DNA of 64,000 nucleotides from Sphaerodactylus townsendi (Eukaryota). The translations under genes were made by a program, and so were the position numbers. The DNA is taken from positions 74,400,001 to 74,464,000 of the forward strand of contig NC_059426.1 in NCBI RefSeq assembly GCF_021028975.2, read 5' to 3'. A model generated the notes under the pieces. The model did not search any database. It was not told where the DNA came from and was given only the letters and a program-made list of their open reading frames with translations. Positions 25,316 through 36,071 of the stretch are shown in pieces; position 1 is the stretch's first letter; every line of letters starts with the position of its first letter.

Positions 25316-27099
25316 AATAACAGTTTGGCCAGATAGTGATGGAACACCAGACAATGGCCCAGTACACCACAGAATCTACTAAAGGTCTACAAGATCATTT
25401 TCAGGTCTGGCAAAACAGGACAGTGAACACTGGTGGTTTGCCACAATGGTGGTTTGCCTTCATGACTTACCTTTCTCGTAATACGTACCAGAACTTCCTA
25501 TAAATCACTGTACACCTCATTCCATGCCTTTCCCTTCACATGTTTGTGCTCCATGTTTGTGAGTCTTCCCCCCACCCAAAGAAACAAAAGGGGGTAAAAA
25601 CAGATATTTTAAATGATACTTCTTTGTCTAAGGGTCTAAGCATGCAGTCAAAACATGGAGACAAATATGTAAATTAGAGATAGTTACTGGTTATTACTTC
25701 TGGTAGTATTTTAGGTGATCAGGAGATAGATACTCTGAAAATGCCACTATATCAGATTGACGCTCAATATCAAAAATTCTTTGCTTGACAAATGATTTAG
25801 CCCATGCAGGTCCCAGCTCTAAAATAGCCATCTTATGCAGAGAACAAATGACTGATTTAAGCCACCTAGATTGGAAATTATCCTGCAGTGTTAAAGGAAA
25901 TAGGCCTTGAAGACTGAAATGGCCTGACAACCATTTGTAGATGGAGAGGAGATGTACATTAGCCTTCTAGTAGAAATACTGTGGACTTCCTTTTTTATTT
26001 TTGGCACTCATTGAATGTTAATAAAAATTTTATGCATGAATAATTATCATACATGTATATTATATAAGGGTTTGTAACAAAATGTGCATGTAACAATAAA
26101 AACATGTGCAATATTTGTTCATATCTTGTGGGTCTCAAATGTCTGAAGTTTATTCCATGTGGCTCTTAGGTTAAGCAAATTTGGCCACTCCTGACATAGA
26201 TTATTGGAGAAACTGTGACTCAGTGGTAAAGCATCTGCTTGACATGCAAAAGATAACCAATTTCAATTCCTGGCATCTCCAGTGAAAACAGTCAGGAATT
26301 TGGTAAGGTAAAAGATCTCTGAAACCTTGTAAAGCTGCTGTCAGTCTGAGCTGATATGACTGACTGTCATCATAGCTTAGAAGACATATTACAGTGACTC
26401 TCAGTCAGTTTCTCAGTCAGTGGATTAGGTCACTTGTTCAGTTGCAAGCATTCAAGTGATGAGTATTTAAGTAATGAGATGCTGCACTGAGTGATAAACA
26501 TGCATGTGTGAATATGGTCTGAATACTTGTTTGTTTACTAATTTATTTGGTATACCCACTCTGCCAAAAGAAGAGCTTCTTGCAGCAGCTTCCAATAAGA
26601 ACAAAATAAAACACAAACACGCATGATGAAACCCAGTAAAATCAGTAGTACTAATAAAATCAATGCAAAGTCAGTAGATAGAGAGGGATCATGATTCAGA
26701 GGTAGAGTACTGGTTTGCACACAAAAGATCCCAGGTCCCATCTCCAGGCTCCAGCTCCACCAAGTTAAAAGGATAAGGCAGTAGGTGATATGGAAGAACT
26801 CTGCCTAAGATCTTGGAAAGCTACTGTCTTGTCTCAGTAGACAATACTGACACTGAGAGATCAGTGGTCTGCTTCACCATGAGGCAACTTCATGTGTTCA
26901 GCACCTAAAAACAAAACAGAAGCATAAAAGCACAGAAGAACCATTCAACAACAATCAGTAAAATCAAACAGTTAAACAACACAGGCAATCACATGGTCAA
27001 CAAAATGTTTTGGCAAATAAAGACATTAAAAGACTAGGGGCCAGCCACAGCTGAAACACCATCACTAAAAAAAAGCCCTGGCTCAGGTTGCTGTCCACA

Positions 27100-27240
27100 G
27101 CATCCTGAATAGCCCAGCTTAGCCTTGGGAGCAAAGCAGGGTCTGCCACAGTTAGTACTTGGATGGGAGACAACCAAAGACGACATGGGTTGCTATGTGG
27201 AGGAATGAAACAGTAAACCACCTCTGCTTGTCTCTTGCCA
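27100..27240 (+). mobile_element. 5S rRNA-derived SINE with RTE/BovB-like tail
   Basis: GTTAGTACTTGGATGGGAGAC (5S box C), then AAACCACCTCTG...TCTTGCC. A second 5S-like head lies at about 61210-61283. Confidence 0.6.
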
Positions 27241-27699
27241 CTAATATCTTATGGACAGGCTCACCATGAGACATCTATCATTCAAAGTCATTTTCTTCTG
27301 GTTGCTGCCCACTTCCTTCAGAAAATGGGGCACGGAGTAGGACCGTTGATGCTGACTGGAGGTCCATACTGCGTTTGTTGTGCAAGTCCAGGAACCAGAG
27401 GCCACAACATCCCAACTCATGCCATGGAATAGTTTGAGCCAAGGAAGCCCTGTGTGGGTTGTGTTCAGGCTTGCATGACACACTCCTCAGAGACCTGGTG
27501 GAAAATTCCAGCTACACTTAATCCCTGGGCCTTCCGAAAAACCGTGACATTAAGCATAGATCCAAACAGGAAAGAATTAGCAGGAGAAATGCCTTTCTTC
27601 TTGCAACCACCACTGCTGTGCCAGGAGTAAGCAGCAGCAACAGCTGAGGGTCCACCCCTGCTTCCCCTCCCCCCACTGCCTCTCTAAACACACAAGGCT

Positions 27700-27860
27700 T
27701 ACTTGGAAGATTAAGAGAGAACAGAGCAAAAGACAACAGAGTTTCTTTTGTAATGGGAATGAGATTAAGGAATCAAGTGACCGGTTGCAACTCCCCAGTG
27801 GTTTTCAGGCTTCTGAGAGCCCCGTGTCACTGTCAGGTTCATTTCCTCACAGGCCACAGA
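27700..27860 (+). promoter_or_regulatory. BEST1: Candidate BEST1 proximal promoter (OTX site, inverted SOX pair, OTX site, E-box)
   Basis: GATTAA 27709-27714; ACAA 27733-27736 with TTTGT 27747-27751 (inverted SOX half-sites); GATTAA 27763-27768; TCAAGTGAC 27773-27781; GGCCACAGAG near 27852. Same order as the recalled human BEST1 (VMD2) promoter. Followed by a GTAAGT donor at 27953. Confidence 0.65.
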
Positions 27861-27952
27861 GGTGGCAGAAGGTTGGGTGTGGAGTGTGCAGACCCAAACC
27901 CCAATCAGGACTCATGCCAGGCCAGTCTCTGCTAACCCCGGAGCCTTCTTCC
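27855..27952 (+). other. BEST1: Putative non-coding exon 1 of BEST1 (5' end approximate)
   Basis: Lies directly after the promoter-like module and ends at CC|GTAAGT (27953). Vertebrate BEST1 has a non-coding first exon. Confidence 0.5.
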
Positions 27953-30375
27953 GTAAGTACTAGTCTAGCGCTGCTGAGGAATCATGTGTGAGGAATCATG
28001 TGTTTCTTTCTAGATTAGACATTTGTGTTTCTGCCTTTTGTGTCTAAGTATCTTTTTTCAGTCTGGTAGCTACCAATTACCAATATTCAACAATCTCAGG
28101 AAGCATAACTTTAAAAAATAATGTTCATAATGGAAAGTCTCTTCAGAATTCCATGTCATGAGGCAGGTATGCATTTAAGTTGTCTTATATACCCAGAAAG
28201 TTACATGACATCAGCTGGAAGGAGACTCTTGGACACACGTTAAATGAATTTGGATATACATCTCTTTTTTTACATTATATACTACATTAAGATTAGCTTC
28301 CTTTATAAGAGTTTATAGGTTTGGTCAGTGCCCATTATATTTGCCAGCATTAATCAGAGTAGGGTTGTGTGACTTAACATCTGAGTGACAGGGAGCCATT
28401 TGAACTTTGCTAGAATGCTGTCTTGTGAAATTGATTTATTTCTCAGATTAATAGGTTGTTTTACAGCAATGCTATGCCTAACACCTGCCATTCAGCTGTT
28501 TAGGTGTACAGGTGGCTAGCCTACATAAGATAAGTGAATGTTTTTGTTTGTTAAGTCCTAGTATTCCACATAGATTTTCTTTTATATCAAAGCATGCTGG
28601 TATCATACAATAAAAAAATATATTTGATTCCAAGATCCCCCAATGCCAATTGATTCCATTCAACAGAGGAAACTCCAAAATGTATATCTCTCCTGATTTT
28701 AGAATTCCTCTGTGGCAACAACAAACATTTTCAGGCAGGACTTGGAAATGTTAGACATTCAGTTTCTCCCTTAAATGAGTGAGACCACCAGGAATCCACC
28801 TTAAATTAGGGAGCATGGAAAGGAACAAGAAAATGTAAAAGAAATGATAGGTATTATTTACATAGGACTGAATAGTTTTCCATGTTTGGTAAAGATGTAT
28901 TCTGCATTTCAGTTGATTTTAAATGTTGGAAGCCTTAAAGGGAAGGGAAACATAAAATAAATAAGAAAAATATTGCTGTGAAAACAGGTGCAGTGAAAAC
29001 AGGTGCTGTGAAAAAACAAAAACAAAACAAAAACAAAAGTTGTTTCCATGATAAAGAACTTAATGATGCCTTCACGTGGTGTGCATGTGTGCATTTCTAA
29101 TATCTGTTGCACTGCTGAGGAAGAGTTAACCCACAGTTCCCCAGTTCAGCCTTTGTCACAGTTTGTCGGTATATAGAAACTGACAGGTATAATGTGTGTG
29201 ATGAAAAAAGAAGTGTCCTGCCCTGGCAGGTTATTAAACAGGTTAACTTTTATTTGCACGCAAACACAAGCCTCCTCCAGGCTCTACCACCACTGTTAAT
29301 TTCATTGCCTTCTGTCTTAACACTGGACAAGTTGGGGCCCACAGACAGTCCCTCTGTGAGTGTGTGTGTGTGTGGATGTGTCGTGTGGAGGGGAAATAAA
29401 TGATTAAGACATTCTTTCATGCAATACTTCTGAACCCCAGGGTTAGATAAGTCGTTTTCAGCTCAGCTTGATCTGAACCTCAGCAGCCTCACTCTGTAGT
29501 GCAACTGCCCAGCAATAGGTGAGCAGGAAAGTGCTTTGAGCTTTTAGAGAAGGAGGAGGGTGTGGTTTTGACCTCTCCCTCCCTTTGCTGTATGGAAGTG
29601 GGGGCTGATTTTATCTCCCATTCCAACCCAGTAAATTATTAGGGGTTCCAGCTAGGGATGCCAGCCACCAGGGAATACCCTGAAATTACAGCATATCTCA
29701 GACCACAGAGATTAGTTCCCTTGGAGCAAGTGGCTGTTTGGAGGGTGGACTCTATGGCATTGTACCGCCACTGAGGTCCCTGTTTTCCCAAGCTCCATCT
29801 CCAAACCTCCAGGAGTTTCCCAACTTGGATCTGGCAACCCTACCTTCCCATCCCCCACCTATGGCCAAGGAGAAGAGGGAATGACCAGGCAACCATAGCT
29901 CCAAAACAGTTTAAAAGAGTTATTGCAGGTGGTGATTCAATCTGGCTGGGAGAAACACTTTTCCTTCAATCCCCCTGCTCTTTTAAACCATTAGAGCTTT
30001 TTGAAGCATTCTAGACAGAGCTGGCAGAGACGAACGTGAATTGCGATCTGGGTATGTCCACCTCACAGCAAGTATCTCTCCCTCCAGGGAAACATAAGTT
30101 TCCCCTCCCCACACTTGTTAGTTATTTTCTTAATTCAGCTGCGTCAACATTCTGCTGCTCAGTGTTCATTAGGCAATTTGAGGGCAGGGGGTAGCAGTGG
30201 GGTGTTTTATTTACACTTTCCTATAAAAATTTAGGTTGTTTTGTACATAGGAACCCAATCTCATGTAACCCTGCAACTACCCTTTCCCCCAACACAGTCC
30301 ACCAGCTAGAGAAGAGAAAAGGAAAAAATAGGGCAGCATACAGAGTCAACCGAGAGTAGAGATTTAAAAAACAGA

Positions 30376-30627
30376 GGGCGTTTCCCCACTTACCTTTGCT
30401 GCCCTTTGCTGCGGGCTACTCTCAGCGCGCAGCATCCCCACAACCCCGTGCGGTCATCAAAAGGCGCCCATTTTGAGGAGCGCCAGGGATGCCGCACGCT
30501 GAGGGGGCACAAGAGTGGCAGCGTCGGGGCGGCTGCGTTGTTGGCGCCCCTGTAGTGGGGAGTGCCCCGGGAGCCCACGCTACTTGAGGAGAGTAGCGCG
30601 GGGCTTAAGGTAAGTGAGGAAAGGGCC
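30376..30627. mobile_element. GC-rich Harbinger-like MITE
   Basis: TIR GGGCGTTTCCCCACT / AGTGAGGAAAGGGCC; 3-bp TSD AGA. Confidence 0.75.
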
Positions 30628-31690
30628 AGAGAGTGAGAATAGCAGGAATGGGGAGATAAGAAGTAGCAATATAGAAGCAGCTAAACAAGGAATGTATGCA
30701 TTGGAATAAGCTTCCTTTAGCAAACACACAGACAGAAACACAGTGCAAAAAATCAGGATATTGTGAGGACTATGTATCATGTTGAGCAACCCCAGGCAGT
30801 TACATGACTGAGCCAGGAAATTCACCTTATACAGACATTATTAAACCTACATGATCCGAAACATGCCCCGGTGTTCTATTGTGTTTCAGCCACAATGCTT
30901 GCTCCTGGGACATTCCATTCTTAGGGGAGTATTCCCTGCATCATAAAGCATAGAGAAGGTAGAAAGTCTCTCATCTCCTGCTGTGCCTTACTCCTCCTCC
31001 CTGTGGCATCACCCCTCCCAGTCACACTGTATAAGAACACAATTGTTGATGATTTTGTGTAACATGGAGACAAGGCCCTTCTGAGGATCAGCACTGCTTT
31101 CATGTTCTTTTTAATGTTTCAAATATCTCCTGGGCAGCAGCCCAAACCAGAGTTACAATATTTAACAAATTACATTTATGGCATCTCACCCGCCCCCCCC
31201 CCCCTCCCATTCCTTCTTCTTGCTGTGCTTTGAACTTTCCTTCTCCCAATTCCAATCTTGCCTGTTATTACATTTGTCTCCAAAATTATTCTGAAATCCT
31301 CTTCCCTGGCTATACTCTTCTCATGTGTTTGTTCTGTGTTCTATCCACAATAATAGCAGATTTGGAATTCTGAAGTAGTGCAAAACATACTAAAGTGTTA
31401 CTGTTCAAGAGTTCATTTGTCAATGCTCAGAAGTTGTTTATCTGTGCATTTATAATCTGGATTTTCTTCATTTTCTGGAGCAGACTGTGTTTGTGTCCAT
31501 AGTATGGAAGCCTCCTGGGGTCTTTTTAAACTGTTTTTTTTTTCCTGAATAGTACTTCTATAGTTTCTTCTGAGTTCTTTTGTTCCACAAGCTACCAAGG
31601 TCTGGCTCTAGTTCTGCTCTATACAGGTCCCCTGTCTCCTTAAGAGCAACTCGATCCTTATCATGCTGTTTGTTTCTAGCAGGACTTGTG

Positions 31691-31842
31691 ATGACAGTGA
31701 CATACACCTACCGTGTAGCTGATGCTCACCTAGGGACCTTCTCACAGCTCCTGCTCCGATGGAAAGGGAGCATCTACAAACTCCTCTATTGCGAATTCTT
31801 AATCTTTATCTCTTTCTACTTCGGCATCAGCATTGTCTACAG
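31691..31842 (+). CDS. BEST1: Bestrophin-1, exon 2 (first coding exon, 152 nt)
   Basis: ATG at 31691; [39 protein letters not shown]... is the bestrophin N-terminus; donor AG|GTGAGC at 31843. Confidence 0.97.
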
Positions 31843-33089
31843 GTGAGCATCTCCTCAGCCTGGCATCTATTTTTAAGGCCTTTCTGTATAATCATTAAAG
31901 TCCTATCACATTTTGCACACCATCTTTCCACAAGTGACTGTTCAGTGATAACAGCTGAATACCCCACCCAAATATAATAGATGAAGGCTAAGGTTTACTG
32001 TTGAAGGCGAGCAGGAGAGTTGTACTTCTACCCCCTTCTCTGACTAAATGTACCTATTTTCAAGAATGGCATCTCTGGGCAACAAGAGATAGTAAAAGCC
32101 TCTTCAAAAATGTTTCCCACTAATATTTGTGCTTCCCCCTCCCCCACATGGACATCAATAAGCAATATAGTTGCCTGAATCACAGGAAATTAATAGTTAA
32201 ACAATCATGATGTGTTGATGTCTTAGTATGCCTGGTGGTTTTTCTTTTCTTTTTAAAGCATACATGTGTTTTTAAATAAACATGCAAACCCCATTTTCCC
32301 TAAGTTTTCAGTTCAGAAAGCAAGAACAAGTAAAGGTTAGGTTTGCAACTAGATCTGGAGAAAAACAGAGGCTAAATGAGAAACTGTTTATTTTCCTCCA
32401 TGCCATGAAAAACTTTAGCTGCCTATTTCCACACATTAAGTCTTCATTAAAGGAACTGGACATTGTTCTCCAGGCCTGGTGGCAACCCAAGTAAAGCTGT
32501 GGGAGGGAGAAATTATCCAGCTAGCAGCCCTGAATCCAGGCATATCTAGTTGCCCTGCAAGAGACATTGGCCCTAGGTGGCTCAGTATAAAGATCTGGAT
32601 TTTGTGTGTAAGTGTGTGTGTGCACACTCATATTTGTGCACACTTGAACCCAGGCTTTCCTAGGTGACCACCCTCTGGCTGGCCTGCTTAGCAACTATGC
32701 TCTGTCCCTTATTCCTCTGTAAATAAATTCAATTTCAATGGGAGAGGGAGCCTGCAACAGCTCATCTATTCCAAAGAACCCCAACAGTAAGGAAACTTGT
32801 GAGCCCATCTGACGGTATAAGTCCTCTACCTATTTTTAGTATCTAAAGGTATAGGAAGTTTTCCCAAAAAGCAATCATTGTCAATTTTAGAACATTTCAG
32901 TAGACAAAATGTCAAAGAAAAGCAAGTAGTAAAAATTCAAAGACTTACTTTCCAGCTTGCACAGATGCTAGCAAATTTTAGAAACATTAAAACAGTATGC
33001 TGTAAAGCTAACAACATAGTTTCAGAACTCACTGACTTAGCTGATGGTGCAAAATACTAACTTGAGTATAACTACTGGGAGGATTCTAG

Positions 33090-33304
33090 GGGCGTTTCCC
33101 CACTCACCACAATCCCCCCTATTTGTGGCGCGCGCCCGGGCGTCCCCACGACCCCGCGCTCTGGGATGCCGAGCGCTGAGGGCGTGCGACAGCGGCAGCG
33201 TCGGGGCGGCTGCTCTGTCGCCGCCCCTGTAATGGGGAGTGCCGGGGGACCCCGCGCTACTTGAGGAGAGTAGCGCGGGGCTTAAGGTAAGTGGGGAAAG
33301 GCCC
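33090..33304. mobile_element. GC-rich Harbinger-like MITE (same family)
   Basis: TIR GGGCGTTTCCCCACT / AGTGGGGAAAGGCCC; shares internal sequence with the 30376 and 42334 copies. Confidence 0.8.
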
Positions 33305-34314
33305 ATTGACTCCCTGTCTTAAAAGTGTATTTGGATGACTAATTTACTATAGATGCCAATAGCTATCCTGCCCCTTACACTTGTTCATTTGCTTCACTAT
33401 CTCATTTCATCCTGCATCAAATTTGATGTTTATTCAACTCTGTTGTTGTCCGATGGGCATCCCTCACGCCTGCTTCAGGTGCACTTATTTTTCCTTTGAC
33501 TGGATATTCTACTTTGTAACACCCCCCACTAAGTTTTTAACCAAGTCTTCAGATGTCATTCTGCCTTTGTAATTTCACTATGCTTAACCTAGGCAGCTTT
33601 TGGGTTGCATTGTCTTCTCATTCTGTAATTCTAATCCATTGCATTGTCTGTTGGATGTCTTATTCTGTAAGATTCCATTTTTTAAAAAAAATCTGCAATC
33701 CGCCTTAAATTTCAGTGAGAAGGGGGCACTATAAATAATGTAAATCTATACAATTCTGTGTATGTGAGGCAGTGAGATTTGATTCACAAAGGCTTTTGGT
33801 GAAATGAACATTGTTAGCCTTTAATATGCTACCTGACTGCTCTGTAATTTTCCTAAGGTAGCTACACCTCTGGAATTATGATGAGTGGAAGCTATCTCAC
33901 AAGTACTTTGGGTCTAGCCCAATGTATTTTAGAAGAACTAGAACAGTTCCTTCTCTTTCCTCAGCAATAGTCTTTACATATGAATTATCCTAGAATCCCT
34001 ACACACACATACACACAAGAAGTAAAATAAAGGAAACTCATCATCCAAATAGCTTTTTAAAACCTTAAAAATGAAGACAAAATGTCTGCAAAATTGTACG
34101 CATTGTTGGGGTGAGCACTTCCTTGCTTTTAAAAGAAACTATATGCGCAATCTTACATGGGACTTGTATAGCAGCAAACAGAACCCAACACATCTTTTAA
34201 AAAATCAAAATGGCAAACAGCACAGGCAAGTAAGAGCTCAGTTTATATGCCATCCACAAACAATCTGTGCCCAGAAAATGAGTGATCCATAACAACAAAA
34301 AATGCTATATCTAA

Positions 34315-34465
34315 GGTCCCTTCTGCCCATGTAGAATAATGCACTTTCAATCCACTTTCAATCCACTTTGCAGCTGGATTTTACTGTGCGAAATAACAAA
34401 ATCCACTTACAAACAATTGTGAAAGTGGATTGAAAGTGCATTATTCTGCATGTGCAGAAGGAGCC
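34315..34465. mobile_element. Short palindromic Harbinger-like MITE
   Basis: CATG(T/C)AGAATAATGCACTTT...AAAGTGCATTATTCTGCATG. Further copies at 58100-58238 and 63149-63289 (TSD CAG). Confidence 0.75.
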
Positions 34466-34654
34466 TTAGAGAAGACATGCAGACCGTACACAACAAATAG
34501 AATAAATGGGCAAAAACACACACCTGACTTTGCAGAATGACCCTTGTAGGCAGCCAAGCGTCCAGTATTTTTGGTCATTGAGAAGATCACTGAGAAATCA
34601 TTGAGAAATCTTTCTTACAGTTTAGAAACTGGGAATATCTCCCTTTTATTCCAG

Positions 34655-34749
34655 GTTTATTCTGAGTGAGAGCCAAAGGCAGATGTTTGAGAAACTGGCT
34701 CTATACTGCAATAACTATGCTGAACTAATCCCGGTATCTTTTGTGCTAG
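34655..34749 (+). CDS. BEST1: Bestrophin-1, exon 3 (95 nt)
   Basis: ttccag| acceptor; encodes [31 protein letters not shown], including neck residues I76 and F80; |GTAAGG donor; phase consistent with neighbours. Confidence 0.97.
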
Positions 34750-35837
34750 GTAAGGAATGATGAAAATGTGAAACTGTATGAAAATTTATGTGTTCTTTTA
34801 AAATCTTCCATGAAGGCTCCAGTGCATGTTTCCCTATCAATCGAGCTGCAATGGGTAAATGTACATGGCAGGGTCCTCTCTGTAGTAGCATCAAAAGAAT
34901 GGAATTTCTGTACTTGGAAGGTTTGTTCTGTCACATCTCTGTTGGCCTTTAGATGGCAGACTGCAAATTTTTTATTCTGGAAGGCGTTGCTACATTTGTG
35001 GTACAAAGGCCCTTCCTATTTAAGTGTGCTGCTTATTTGGCTACAATACTAGCTTCATTATTAACTTAGTTTTATATGATCTTTTCATACTGTTGTCCTG
35101 AAGATCTTGCTTTTGAAAGATGGAATATAAATATTTTACACAAATAAATAAAAATACCAACTAAAACACTAATCTAAGGTCCTGTCTCACATCAAATTAA
35201 AGGGTAACCTTATGTCACAAAAAATGTTCCAAGGGAACACAAACTTTCATAAAACGCTATCTTGACCCAACTGTATCACCCACATTATGCCTTTCCTAAC
35301 TTCATTATTTAAAAATAATTAATCACATATGAATTTTTTGTTATTTCTCTGGTGTTTTCAAGGCTGGATTAAGGCACGATGAAGCCCAAAGTTATGGCCA
35401 GTTTAAAATGCCTCATAACATTATCAAAAAAGAGGGTATTTATTGACATTGAAATTTAGTTTTTAAAAAATTATGTATAGAGGTCCCTCTTAATCTGAGG
35501 CCTTAATGTGTATTTTACTAACCTTTTGTGTAAATCTTGTTGTGGCTAGGTTTGTGTGTGTGAGTGCGTGCGTTCTCTGTGGTTGAGATGAGTTTATTAC
35601 TTTACACTTCTGTTAGTTGTTTTAATTTGCTGAGTTTGGGTTGTTTTAGGGATTGGGATTGGTTATTTTAATTGTTAGGATGTTACATTGTATTAGCTGC
35701 CCTGAATAGCTTTGAGCTAGAGGGGCAGCAGAGAAATACACTCAAAATAAATAATTTAAGAAAGTGTATGCATGTGTAAGAGAGACAATTATATACTTTT
35801 CAACCTTGTTAAGACTAACATGCAATTTCCACCCTAG

Positions 35838-36071
35838 GCTTTTATGTTACCTTGGTGGTGTCTCGCTGGTGGGGACAATATGAGAGCATCCCTTGGCCTG
35901 ACCGAATTATGAACCTGATCTCAAGTAATGTGGAAGGGAAGGATGAGTATGGCCGCCTCTTGCGGCGCACCTTGGTACGCTACATCAATCTGCTGAGTGT
36001 GCTGATCTTGCGCTCTGTCAGCACCGCTGTGTTCAAGAGATTTCCAAGCATAGAACATGTTGTGACAGCAG
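35838..36071 (+). CDS. BEST1: Bestrophin-1, exon 4 (234 nt)
   Basis: ccctag| acceptor; [23 protein letters not shown]...[10 protein letters not shown] (RFP motif); |GTATGA donor. Confidence 0.98.

Noticed and set aside
26212-26285. tRNA-like sequence (also about 26690 and 58760)
   Set aside because: Heads of tRNA-derived SINEs; no intact cloverleaf.
27100-27175. 5S rRNA-like sequence (also about 61210-61283)
   Set aside because: Degenerate and partial; the 27100 copy is fused to a retroelement tail. These are SINE heads, not rRNA genes.
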